A DNA stretch of 64,000 nt from Octopus sinensis. Lineage: Eukaryota. A program made the translations under genes and the position numbers. The notes under the pieces were generated by a model, which did not search any database, had not been told where the DNA came from, and worked only from the letters and a program-made list of their open reading frames with translations. Location of the stretch: the NCBI RefSeq assembly GCF_006345805.1, contig NC_042999.1, forward strand, positions 112,964,001 to 113,028,000, read 5' to 3'. Positions 50,726-62,587 of this stretch are shown piece by piece (within the stretch, counting starts at the first letter, position 1; the number at the start of each line of letters is the position of its first letter).

Positions 50726-51492
50726 TATCTTTTACTTGTTTCAGGATTGCGGCCATGCTGGGGCACCGCTTTGAAGAAGTTTAGTCGAACAAATCGACCG
50801 CAGTACTTATAATTTTTTTGTAAAGCCTGGTACTTATTCTATTGTCACTCTGTTGCCGAACCGCTAAGTTACGAGTACGTAAACACACCAACGCCAGTTG
50901 TCAAGCGATATTGGGGGACTAACATACACACAAAGACACCCTCCAAACACACATATATCGTTGCTATTATGTTAAACTGTCGGATATCTAAATTTGGCTA
51001 AATGTGTTTTTTTTTCAATATTTAATTTTGCTTGCAGTAGCCGGTTCTTTTGGTCAAACTATCGTATCTCTAGCTACTTTGTCAAAGTGTAGTACAACGG
51101 TTTAGCATTTTTCAAAAGTGTAGTAAGTCCCACATACGCCAATTTTGCAAAAATATTTCTGACTGAAAATATCATACATGTATGGAGTTACGATTTTATG
51201 CACCCGACAAAGTTTCTGTTGTAAAAGCTAATGTAAAAAGAAATAGAATGGTGAAACTATTTTTTCGTTTTCTGAAAAAGCAACGTTTTGGACTTACGAC
51301 ACTTTTGCATAATAGCAACAACATGTAAAACGACGGACTTCTTCCATTTTCAGTCTACCAAATCTACTCACAAGACTTTAGTCGGCCCGAGGCTACAGTA
51401 GAAGACACTGCCCAAAGTGCCTTGCAGAGAGACTGAACCTGGAACCATGTGGTTTGGAAGCAAACTTCTTACCACACAGCCACTCTTGCGTC
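50726..51492 (-). mobile_element. SINE family B, split by an insertion in its microsatellite
   Basis: 3' half at 50726-50940 and head at 51328-51492, co-oriented and in the correct order. Confidence 0.82.
50960..51319. mobile_element. MITE-like insertion with ~22-bp imperfect TIRs
   Basis: GTTGCTATTATGTTAAACTGTCG (50960-50982) versus CGACACTTTTGCATAATAGCAAC (51297-51319). Confidence 0.65.
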
Positions 51493-52809
51493 TATTGATG
51501 AAAGAGTAAGACGTTTTAAGTATAAGAATATTCATTTAAATTCAACACTTCCTTATTTGTATTTGACTTTGTAGATTATGAATTAGCAAGATATTTTGAT
51601 AAAATCGTAATTCTATTGTAGATTACTTCACCACTGAAGAAGTAGAAATATATTATATGTTTCAACCCCAACACATACACATACCTTATGCACGTACAAA
51701 AACACATACATATACATACATACATACATACGTACGTACATGCACACACACACACACAACACACACACACACACGCACACGAAGGCTAAAGATGGACAAG
51801 CATATACAACATCACATCAAAATAATATGTTATATGAACGTAACCATAAATGTAACTACTGTTTCAAAAATTCAGTGACTGGTTGATGCAATAATGTGTA
51901 CTACGCAAACGAGTACGCATACTGATGCAATAATACATATCAAACAAGTAGAAATTATTATAAACACATAAATGTGAAATCTCAATATATCCATACAAGA
52001 AGCTCAGAAGCACCAAATTCTTTCCTCAGAAGTGGCAAGAATGAGATTCTTCTAGAAGTAGATAGATATTTAAGAACATGGAAATATCAATAAAAAGACG
52101 GAGGAATGAGATAGAGGAGGTGAGCGACGGCAAGGAAGAAATAATGATATTAAGAAAGGTTGCGAGAAGTAGAACAATAACATGCAAAAAAAAAAAAAAA
52201 GAGACGGATTGTTATATATGTACATATGTAGTGTATGGAAGAAGAGGAAAATGTAGCAGAGACGGGAGTAAACAATGAATCCAGATTGAGTGTAGCATGG
52301 GTTGAGAGAACTGCGATCGTCTGAAGGAAAGGCGAGGGCGTTCAGGGAAGATCTGGGAAGTAGCAGGACCAGACTGGAGCAGACGAAAGTACCATAGGAT
52401 AGTGTATTGGAGTTACCCTGATCTACGGTAGTGTATCTCTACTACACTAACCTAGGCATTAAGAGATGGTTGGAGGCAGTCAACTCATGCAATGAAATTT
52501 GGTACGACATGACTTTGATATATTCAATATTAAATGTTATATTTAGCCATTTAAAAAAAATTAAAATGGAAAACTATTTCTGTCGACAGGCAGTTTTATA
52601 GTTTAAACAAAGAACGTTGCCTTTATGTTAGAATTTGGACTGGTAGTAGATTTGGTGCCTTGGAACCATAAATCATTTAGGTAGGTTCGATATTCTCAGC
52701 ACGAAATCGGATAATAATGTTTTTTTTTTATATTGGCGCAATCAACTCCCAGCGTATTACTGGTAATTATTTTTATCCACACCCAGTCATTTATATATAC
52801 ACATACACA

Positions 52810-52990
52810 CACGTGCTGTTCATGAAATTTTTCCTTCTCTGGACTTTGCCGTTTTCCTTCCTGACGAAGAGCTATGCTCGAAACGTTAGGAACCTACCCT
52901 CCTTTCCAACATCCTGAGCGTTAAATTCACTAATTCCATGTGTAAGTCCACTTGTTTTATTATTGGTATTTTTAATGTTCGATTGTTTGT
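52810..52990 (+). mobile_element. PLE-type terminal repeat (paralogue of 9024-9216)
   Basis: CCTTCTCTGGA...CTGACGAAGAGCTATGCTCGAAACGTTAGG..CCCTCCTT..CCTGAGCGTTAAAT. Confidence 0.7.
52854..52892 (+). ncRNA. Minimal type I hammerhead ribozyme motif (canonical core)
   Basis: UUCCU(UC)-CUGACGA-A-GAGC(UAU)GCUC-GAAA-CG-UU-AGGAA. Confidence 0.68.
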
Positions 52991-53024
52991 TCAAGATTTA
53001 ATATTCGAGTTTACTATATACATA

Positions 53025-54190
53025 TTCTGTAGTTTCAGCTCAGAACTGCAGCCATGCTGATGTACCGCAATTTTGCTACACTGTTATTAATGAGAACCAC
53101 CTCCAATATGTGGTGCTTGGTGAAGAATGGAGTTTGATGTAGCTACCCTCATTTGCACCTCTTGCAGTGATGTAAGTTCATCTGGGTCTCTCGACAGGAA
53201 GAGGTCCAGCTTTGATATAAAAGCGCCTGCATCTACTTTGTGCAGGTTCCTCAGGCTCATTGGCAGAATATTAAAAAAGATGTGGGCCCCTGAAACCCAC
53301 GCTGTTGCAGTAACCGGTCCTGAAGCGCGATGGCGTTGCTGGGATCTTTGGCACTATGCAGTGTCGTCCCGTTCTGGCATTGGTGTAGCTTTCAATGCCA
53401 AAATTTGGCACAATTCCTTCCAGGATCTTCCAGATGTATATTACTGCATACCTCTCCCGCCTTCTTTCCAGGGAGTAGAGTTTTAGCTGTTTCAGCCTTT
53501 CCCAGTAGCTGAGCAGTTGCAAAGAGATGATCTTCTTTGTAAATCTTCTCTGGATTGCTTCAAGGTCTGCTGTTAATTTCACACTGGTGGGTGACCAATA
53601 GCTGTGAGCAGTAATCCAGGCAGCTGAGGACAAATATCCTCCAGAGGACCATCATGGTTTCCTTATCTCTGGTTCTGAATGTTCTCAGGATCCATCCAGC
53701 TAGTTATCTGCACTTTGTCCTGGTAATATGCACTTGGAAAGAGGTATCATGTCGATACCCAGGTCTTTCACTGATTTAGGCTCTGGGATTGAAATTCCCT
53801 GTGGACCAGTGGACCCTGTAAGTTTCATATTCAGTTTTGGATGCTGGTAGTGCAGGGCTTGGAATTTTTCAGCAATAAACTGCATATTGTTATCCTCAGC
53901 CCATCTGTAGATTGAGTCCAGCTCCTGCTGCAGATGTGCAACATCGCTGGGGTTCTGTATTTTCTGCGAGACTTTCGTATCGTCTGCGTAGCTAGCAAGG
54001 GTGGCTATCCGGGAAGTTGAGGGCATATCTGAGAGGGCCACTATAAAAAAGCAGCGGTACCAAGACAGTACCCTGTGGAACACAGCTCACTATTTGTGTT
54101 TTCATAGAGGTGGCTCCATTAGTCACTACTGCCTGACTTCTATCTTTCAGACAGTCATATAACCACTCTCCAAGTTTTCCAGCTATGCCG
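53025..54190 (-). mobile_element. CR1-group LINE, copy 3 (diverged subfamily, internal deletions)
   Basis: ALSDMPS..LASYADDTKVSQKIQNP, HSYWSPTSVKL, LYSLERRRERYAVIYIWKILEG; the 5' end abuts (TA)n. Confidence 0.9.
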
Positions 54191-54214
54191 ATATATATAT
54201 ATATTATATATATA

Positions 54215-54266
<52 letters not shown>

Positions 54267-54269
54267 TTG

Positions 54270-54799
54270 TATAAAGATGTATACACAAAGAGAAGACCTA
54301 TGGCAGGAAAAAAATAATTCTAAAAAATAATTCTAAAGGCACGTCGATAAAGCACTAGAATGAAAGGAATTATTATTTTTAGCTAATTCCATACTCGAAT
54401 TTCTCTATTAATGAACAAATTAATTTGTCATCCGTAGTTCATCAGTGGGATCGCTAAGATAATGCATAATTATGAAGCTAATACGTACCGAGAAAATTGA
54501 TTTGAATCCATAATGTTGTAAGGATGCAACTCGCACGTATTTTTTGGTACGTATTAAGCTACATAATTATGCATTGTTTTAGCGATCCCGCTGATGAACT
54601 ATGAAAGACTAATTAATTTATTTGCTCATTAATAGAGAAACTCAAGTATGGGATTAACTAAAATAATAATTCCTTACATTCTAGTGCTTTATCGACGTGC
54701 CTTTAGAATTATTTTTTTCGTGGTTTGGGTTCCACTGCCCTTTTTAGCATGTAAGAAGTCATGCTATGGGTCTTCTCTTTGTGTATATATATCTTTATA
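54270..54799. mobile_element. Long foldback element (~225-bp arms, ~40-bp spacer)
   Basis: 54312-54497 is the reverse complement of 54539-54720; the outer 30 bp (TATAAAGATGTATACACAAAGAGAAGACC) also invert at 54768-54799. (TA)n on both sides. Confidence 0.85.
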
Positions 54800-54898
54800 C
54801 ACTCTTATATATGAAAATATGTTGTCTTATGATTTTTATTGTGCATGCGAACTACTGGTAATTAATTATTCTAATTTTTTACCCTTATGATTTACACA

Positions 54899-54936
<38 letters not shown>

Positions 54937-54939
<3 letters not shown>

Positions 54940-55522
54940 CCTTGTTTATAGAACAAACATTAAATTTTTGGATCAACGACTTTACATACAACACCACCCC
55001 TCAAACATATATATAAATCACCATGGTTCTCAAACACATAAAAAATAATGCGTATATATAAAATCACAGAAGGTAAAAGTATATAATCGAATAAAATACA
55101 AATAGAAAGGCCTATCAAAAAGTTAAATATAAACTACCAAAAAACCTAATTGAAAATATTAAATAAGTAAAAGTAAAAATAAAATATAATAAAATGTCTA
55201 CCGACTAAAAATGTTTTATCAGACGATTAAAATACTAATAAAATTTTAAAAAAAAATTTCTTTAAAAATATTTGTAAAGAAATCTTTCACTTCCCTCATA
55301 CAAGTATGTCCAAAGTTCATAAGTAAACAGACTTCCACATGTTAAATTCACATACATCTTGAAAAAAGTCTTTTACTCCCATATCACAAGTATGTCCAAA
55401 AGTTCATGATAAGCAGATTCACAGGTCAAATTCAACATTGACATATATCTATGGTCATTATGAGTGGTGTTGTATGTAAAGTCGTTGACCCAAATTTAAT
55501 GTTTGTTCTATAACCAATGCTT
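54937..55522. mobile_element. MITE-like element with ~60-bp TIRs
   Basis: AAGCCTTGTTTATAGAACAAACATTAAATTTTTGGATCAACGACTTTACATACAACACCAC versus GTGGTGTTGTATGTAAAGTCGTTGACCCAAATTTAATGTTTGTTCTATAACCAATGCTT. Confidence 0.8.
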
Positions 55523-55616
55523 ATCTATCTTCGTCTCATATTTATATTTGAGCATTTCTTTCGCAGTCCTATAAACCCTTTTGTTTCTATAAAAAGGGAC
55601 AAATATTATTTCTTGT

Positions 55617-55658
<42 letters not shown>

Positions 55659-56576
55659 ATACATACATACATTATATATATACACACACAAGCGAAATCT
55701 AGTCTCTATTGGAACGTGGAACGCAAGGGGACGGATCTAAGTAGCGTAATATCCAGCACTGTGCTATTTCTTCACTCCAACAATTCAATAAAAAGAAGAA
55801 AGATAATTTTAAATACCTCTTAATGCATATCAAATATTTGAAGCCGAAAATGCTGTGAGAACTTGAACAAATGTTAACAACTTAACTAGATCCAAAAACA
55901 GAACAAGTAACCGTTTTTTGTCGACCTCGAATAAGACAACAAACAATTCATTACATTTGTCCAAAGTCTCTTACTGTCGGCTAAAAGCAATAAGTTTAAG
56001 TTAATATGCATTTAAAATTTTCCATACTTGCTGATCAGTGTAGTAACAAATAATTTAAAGAATAAAGATATTTAAGTTTGGCTAATGGGGAAGTTTGCAG
56101 TCAGTTGAATCGACCCAGGCACTTGACTGGTACTTAGTTTATCCACCTCAGAAGGATAATAGACGACGTTGTCCCTGGCAGTAACTAAATACCAGAAGAC
56201 ATATATGTTCAGATTTATAGCAAGAAAGGTAAACTGAAAACTACAAAATTCTTGCTTTTTATTGCGATGGAAGGATATTCGAAATATATAAGAAAACAGA
56301 TTGAACTGAGAATCGAATCCAGATCGCGAAATCACTTCATCGAAAAGTTATCAAAATGCACAGCAGTAAGCAGCGGAAGCAACACCAGCAGGCAACAATA
56401 GTAGGTAGTAAACAAGAAGAATATAATGGTTACTAGAAAAATGTGAATTATATAGATGCCCGAAGTTATCCCATATTTCAGTCCAGGCAATAATAAATGA
56501 AAACATCTGTCCCCACCAGAAAAGATAAATACTGCTACTGGTGTTTGCTACAGCTGGTGCTCCAGCTGAGCTGTAG

Positions 56577-56612
<36 letters not shown>

Positions 56613-57276
56613 ATAATAATAATAATAATATAATAAAAATTATTTTTGTGTCTTTGGTACAGTTGAAAAGAATCGTATCGCCCTACAGTCATTCATTCCG
56701 TTATTTGTGCAACTGTTCAAATATCACCGGAACCAACTTAACATACATTTTTTGTTCTTCCCCAATTCCTACTTTTCATCAATAATTTATAATAGTTTGT
56801 TTTTGTCAAACCGTGCGAAAACTAGAGGCTGTTTAAGAGATGTCAGACATTATAGTTGTTTCTGCTGTAGGCATTCATTGCAAACAGTTGAATCGATGTT
56901 TGCTGTTAGTTTCTGGGTGATAATAGACATCAATTTGTGTCTTAGATGGCACATTGCATCAACTAAAGAAAGTTAAACAAAACAAAACTCACCTGACATC
57001 GAGTTCAAAGAGGTTGGAAATTGTCACGATCGGCTTTTCCCTTATGATGTTGGCATTCGTATTCATTATGTCATCTTGAATTCGCTGAGAGCTATGTGTG
57101 CGTACAAACACGCACAGATACTCACACACAAAGATACAGACATATAGACGCGCTTGTGCACGCGCACATGCACATTCATGAATATAAGCACACATGTGCT
57201 CTTGCATACCGATACATGCAATCATACACTCATACTTAATTTATAAAGTTGTGCATATGTACTTGGAGCTATATGT

Positions 57277-57318
<42 letters not shown>

Positions 57319-57639
57319 GCACACACATACACTCACACCTGGACATACACACACATATATGTTTACAAATGTATAAACGTATACAGACTTCTTGAAGCAT
57401 CGACACACACATATAAATGCGCACATAAATATTAATAAATAGATACAAAATTTTTAAATGCATCAGTACATATGCACACACACACACATTGTCGCACACA
57501 CACACTCATACACACATACTGATATGCTTGTGTTGCATTCTTATACAGGTCTTAATGTATACATGTGTAAATATGCAATTATACTTATGCAGTTATAAAT
57601 TTACGCATACGTATTTATATGAAATAGCACAACGTGTGC

Positions 57640-57900
57640 GCGCACCTTGGCTCAGTGGTTCAGATGTCGCATTCACGATCGCTAGATCATAGGTTCGATT
57701 CCCGGACCGAGCGGTGCGTTGTGTTCTTGAGCAAAGCATTTCATTTCATGTTGCTCTGCGATCATTTCGACATCTAACACTTGACACATTTGACGTGTGG
57801 CACGTCTGACGTGTTCACCCATTGAAGCAACATCAATTTGACAGAAAGAATGAGCTAATCTACAGTACATACATTTGATCACTATAAACAAATCATTTAT
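57640..57900 (+). mobile_element. SINE family C
   Basis: TGGCTCAGTGGTTCAG...GGTTCGATTCCCGGACCGAGCGGTGCGTTGTGTTCTTGAGCAAAGCATTTCATTTCATGTTGCTCTGCGATCATTTCGACATCT. Confidence 0.85.
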
Positions 57901-57916
57901 GCAGTTATGTATATAT

Positions 57917-58751
57917 GTAGAGTGCGATGGGTAAATTGTCGCCATTTTATATATTTTGTTTCGCGCATGGTTTGTTTTTGATTTTGTCGACTACACAGTT
58001 GGGCACCGTCTATGAGAAAAACAGAACCATGACAGTTCACTCTGCCAGAAATTTGGAAACGACATCCTGTACTGCTTGGCATTCGTACCGGAAGCTCCAA
58101 TACGAACATTTCGGAGTGTTTGGGTGTCAATCTGAGGACATGTAGCGAGAGTGATAAAAATCAAACATCCAGTCAATATCATGGTGTTTGGAGTGATCAC
58201 TAGTGATGACGACGTTATGCCTCCATTCATTTTCTCACATAGCCTCAGACTCAACATGGAGGCCTACATCAAGTGCCTGGAGGAGGGAGTGCTGCCCTAG
58301 GTCAGAAGGGTGTCTCCTGGAAGACCCTATGTCTGGCAACAGGACTCTGCACCATTCCACACAAGCGGGAAAACCCAGTCATGATTGTCAGGCAATTTCT
58401 GTAACTACACCACATCTGGCCACCTAACTTTCCTGACTGCAAACCCCTTGTGTGGGGCGCAGTTGAGCGAGATACCAACAAAACTTCTTGTAACAACAAA
58501 AGTGAACTGAAAGCAAGGATTATGGCAGCATTCACTAATACAAACAAGGAGGCCGCCCAGAAGAATTGCAGAAGATTCCGAAGTGGTCTGGAGCCATAGT
58601 TGAAGCCAATGGTGATTTTATTGAATAAATTTACTCTTTAGTATTTCATGATATTTTTATGCAATATTGGTAAATATATCTGTTAAAATGAGATGTCAGT
58701 GTTATTTTCATTTTTGCATAATTTAAATGACAATTTATTCATCGCACCCCG
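57917..58751 (+). mobile_element. Internally deleted mariner-type transposon, probably DD37D (maT)
   Basis: TIRs (GTAGAGTGCGATGGGTAAATTGTC / GACAATTTATTCATCGCACCCCG) with TA at the right end. Broken translation KHPVNIMVFGVITSD..VMPPFIF...YVWQQDSAPFH...WPPN.PDC.PL..VWGAVE...RRFRS.LEA.VEANGDFIE*. Confidence 0.85.
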
Positions 58752-58801
58752 TATATATATATATATATATACGCTCGCATGTATATATATATTTATTTAT
58801 A

Positions 58802-59040
58802 CAGGGTTTGGAGAAAATAATGGAAACACCTTGAAATTTCAAACAAATTTATTTCAATATGAGGTCGGACCAACTTTGGCAGTAATTACAGCTTGAATTC
58901 TCCGAGGTATGGACTCATATATAGTTTGAATTGTTTCCTAAGGAATTTTTGTCCATTCTTCAGCTTAAAACAGTATCCAGTTCTTGTAGTGATGATGGTA
59001 GAGGATATTGACTCCTTACTTGTTTATCTAAAATGCACAT
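58802..59040 (-). mobile_element. Tc1-like transposon 3' fragment with TIR
   Basis: TA|CAGGGTTTGGAGAAAATAATGGAAACAC terminus; minus strand CILDKQVRSQYPLPSSLQEL...EEWTKIP...YESIPRRIQAVITAKVGPTSY*. Confidence 0.8.
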
Positions 59041-60299
59041 ATGCACCAGACCAATGCGTCACGCAAAGATCGAACCGGGAACCAGAAGCAACATGGTTTT
59101 AACATGAATTTCTATTCTCAATTTGTGTAGGAAAATACATTTAATCTTAGCTTAAGTGAAATTTCGGAGGTAAACTGAAAGATTAATGAGAAAATTTATA
59201 GCTTACAACTTGGGAAAAGTCAATTCAATTTAAGTTTTCGCCAATAGGACTAACATCACTAGCTAACACAGTTAATTGCTAAGATATTCAAAATGCCTTT
59301 AGAATGCACCTAGTTGTGAAAAAAACCAACCGAGCAATCAACAGGGACGATAATTATGGAAGTTACCATTCAACATATGCATTACAGAATCCTGTGTATG
59401 TCATGGGTGTGAAAACATATTTAATCATATTGTAAGGAGCATGTTGAAGATAAAAGCGAAACTTAGGTTGAAGGTAAATGTTAATCAGCCTGAGAATCAA
59501 ATTTAGATTTAGTTGAAATATTCATTAAGTAAACAATCTGTTGTCGAGTTGGCATATTATCTTGTTCGCCTGTTATCTAAACGTTTACATAATCTTTATT
59601 TCCATGAGCAGTTTACAGAATTCCTTGCGCTGTTTACAATGGGAGATACAGACAGAAAGACAGACAGACGGATACAGATAAATAGAGCTAACTAGCTAGC
59701 TACATAAACGGAAGAGTGTGTGTATTTGTGACCTTAGCTAAGTCACCTGATTGTTGCAAGATTTCTCTTTAAATTTAAATTTGCACACTGTATGGTGATA
59801 TTTGTTACAATAATTTGTTTTGGCATCAACATGACCAAATTTGTTGTTCTCCCTTATTAAATTGTCTTCATTCATTTCTATATTGATTTGATAAAGGAGG
59901 TTCTCTTCCCCAAATCCAAACAAACTTGCAGAATACACAAAGTACTTTTGTAAGGTAGCAACTATGCGTAATAAATTTACGCTACATATCGATTAAAATT
60001 TCTCTCAGCCTAGACAAGCAGCAGAGGTCTTCTATTTTGCAAACTTAGATATATATTTATCGCAGAAATTCTGAGTTACTCAAGTACCAGTATCTCTATT
60101 GATAAGGAGATTTGTGTAAGTGGAACTCTACTGTTTTACATTCAGCTCCGAATTGCTTTTGATAGAACGTTCTTGTCAAGCAAAACGATTAGATGAGAAA
60201 GAACATAAATAAAACTGTACCAATCCCACTGACTAACGTAGTCATAGAAACACACTACTTAAGCATACTAGCAGCAGCAGTACTAATTGTAATAATCCT

Positions 60300-60505
60300 T
60301 TTCTACTATAGCCACAAGGCATGAAATTCTGTTGGATGAGGTAACTCGATTACATCGACTTTAGTGCTCGGTAGGTACTTATTTTATCGATCCCGAAAGA
60401 ATGAAATGCAAATTCGACCTCGGCGAGATTTGAACTCAGACTGTAAAGACAGACGAAATGTCGTTAAGCATTTTGTCCAGCGTGGTAACGACCTTGCTAG
60501 CTCAC
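60300..60505 (-). mobile_element. SINE family A
   Basis: GGTACTTATTTTATCGATCCCGAAAGAATGAAATGCAAATTCGACCTCGGCGAGATTTGAACTCAG. Confidence 0.82.
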
Positions 60506-61565
60506 CGGACAGTGCAAGAATATGGTACAAAATACAGGAAGAGAGAGTTTGTAAAACTCCTTTTTCTTATATTTTTCGCCCCCCCCGCCAAACCCAGCTG
60601 ATTATTTTATTCAAACAGAAGCCAGTTTTGTGCATTGGTGTACTATATATATATTTCTTTTAATTATCCCATCCAACATGTATCTCTTCCCCATCCGACT
60701 CTATGAAAATTACTACAGAAGACGAGAATTTATTTAACTAATTTCTATTAGATCTTTGCACCAGACATGTTTCTACTTACTGATGATGCAATCTCTCTTA
60801 TTTATTTTCTAATTCCGGCAATGACTTTGTTTTGAAATTGTGTTTTGAAACCCATCTTCAATATCTTTTCCTATAAGTACTGTACTTTTCCTAATAATCT
60901 ATTTCTTTAAAAAATCACGACTTCTCTAAACATAGCGCCTCACATAGTCATTTGTCATTCTCTTGAGAGCTCACCATCATCCGGAACAAGAGCCACTGAC
61001 TTAGTGAGCCTCTCATCATGTGTTGCGAATCTGTGCTTATCTGAGAATGTCTAATAACACTGAAACACATCTAGAGTTGTCTCTTGTACATGCAGAAGTG
61101 ATTAAAATAACATTAACCATTGAATATTGCTTTTTTCATCATCACATAAGTATTTATAATTAGATATTTGATACTCCCTCCATTAAATATGTTGGCATTC
61201 GTTTAACTAATATATCGTTTGTCAACTTCAAAATTCCAACGTTTATACAATTTGCGCTATTACTCCCATGCACCCGAAAGTTAATTACGCTTCTGCAACA
61301 AGTAATCATTTTATTATAAATTATAACTAGTGTAAAGAGGATTTTGTCAGTAACATGAGTGTGTGAGTGTGTGTGAATGCGTATTTGTGCGTATGTAAGT
61401 ATGTGTATATGTGTGTGAATGTATATGCATACACATATACATGCATACATATAAGGCATCATTCGAAAGCTAAAATAATACGAGGAGGCGCATTGTGACC
61501 AGCGGTGTGTAGTAATACCCAATAGTATGGTCGATACAGTGATGTGTGTGTGTGTGTGTGTGTGT

Positions 61566-61996
61566 TATCTTTTATCTTTTGCTTGTTTCCCTCATTAGAC
61601 TGCATTCATGCAAAAGCATCATCTTGAAGGATTTTAGTCGGGCGAATCGATCGCAGTACTGATTTTTAAAAAAGTATGCTACTTATTCTATCGGTCACTT
61701 TTGCAGAGCTGTTAAGTTATGGGGCTCTAAGCACACCAACACCGGTTGTCAAATGGTGGTGGAGGACAAATACAGACACAAAGACAGACAGGCACACACA
61801 CACACAGACTCACACACACACATAAAAACACACACACACATACGACGGGCTTCTGTTAGCTTCCCACTCACAAGGCTTTGGACGGCCCGAGGCTATACTA
61901 TTAATAGAAGACACTTGCCCAAGGTGCTTGCTACGCTGTGGGACTGAACCCGAAACCATGTGGATGGGAAACAAACTTCTCACCACACAGCCACAG
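61566..61996 (-). mobile_element. SINE family B, full length with internal (CA)-rich tract
   Basis: Tail 61566-61790, CA-rich 61790-61842, head 61843-61996. Confidence 0.85.
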
Positions 61997-62587
61997 ATTT
62001 ATTATTCTTTTACTGGTTTCGGTCATCAGATGCCCCCCCCCCCGACTGGGATATCACCTTAAATGTTTTAATCTATCACATTGGTCTCATCCATGTTTAC
62101 AGTGACATACTTTATTTCATCCATATATATACAAACCCAGAATCACGCTAATAGCTTAGGAGTGAAATTTAGGATTTCTCGGTTTTCTGTGAATCGATTT
62201 TGATAAAACTTTTCCCAGCTGGTTTGCACACTATCGCAAAACCATTGCTTTCATTATTCTGTGTAACGTCCTTTCTTTTCTATTTCCGATTCTTTAGTTT
62301 TGGGGTGAACCACGCTAATAGCTTTTGAATGAAAATAGTCCATGTAAACATATTTTTTCAGAAAATGAAGGGTAACGATACATATTAAGCATACATTAAG
62401 CATACATATATTTAACAGAAAAACCACAATAATATAACATTTATTGACATAATGAATTATTTAGATAATCTGTGTGTGAGTGTGTGTATGTGTGTGCATG
62501 ATTTAGTAACAACAGATATTATTTATGGAAACTGGAATTACTTCCAGACAAACATGAATTTGTTGAATATATATACAGATTGATGTA

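Noticed and set aside
54590-54612. CTGATGAACTATGAAAGAC as a hammerhead
   Set aside because: No stem II, and GAAA is absent from the other arm of the inverted repeat.
60680-61100. Possible pogo/Tigger transposase C-terminal relic on the minus strand (ATHDERLTK)
   Set aside because: Only one short motif, no TIR and many stops.
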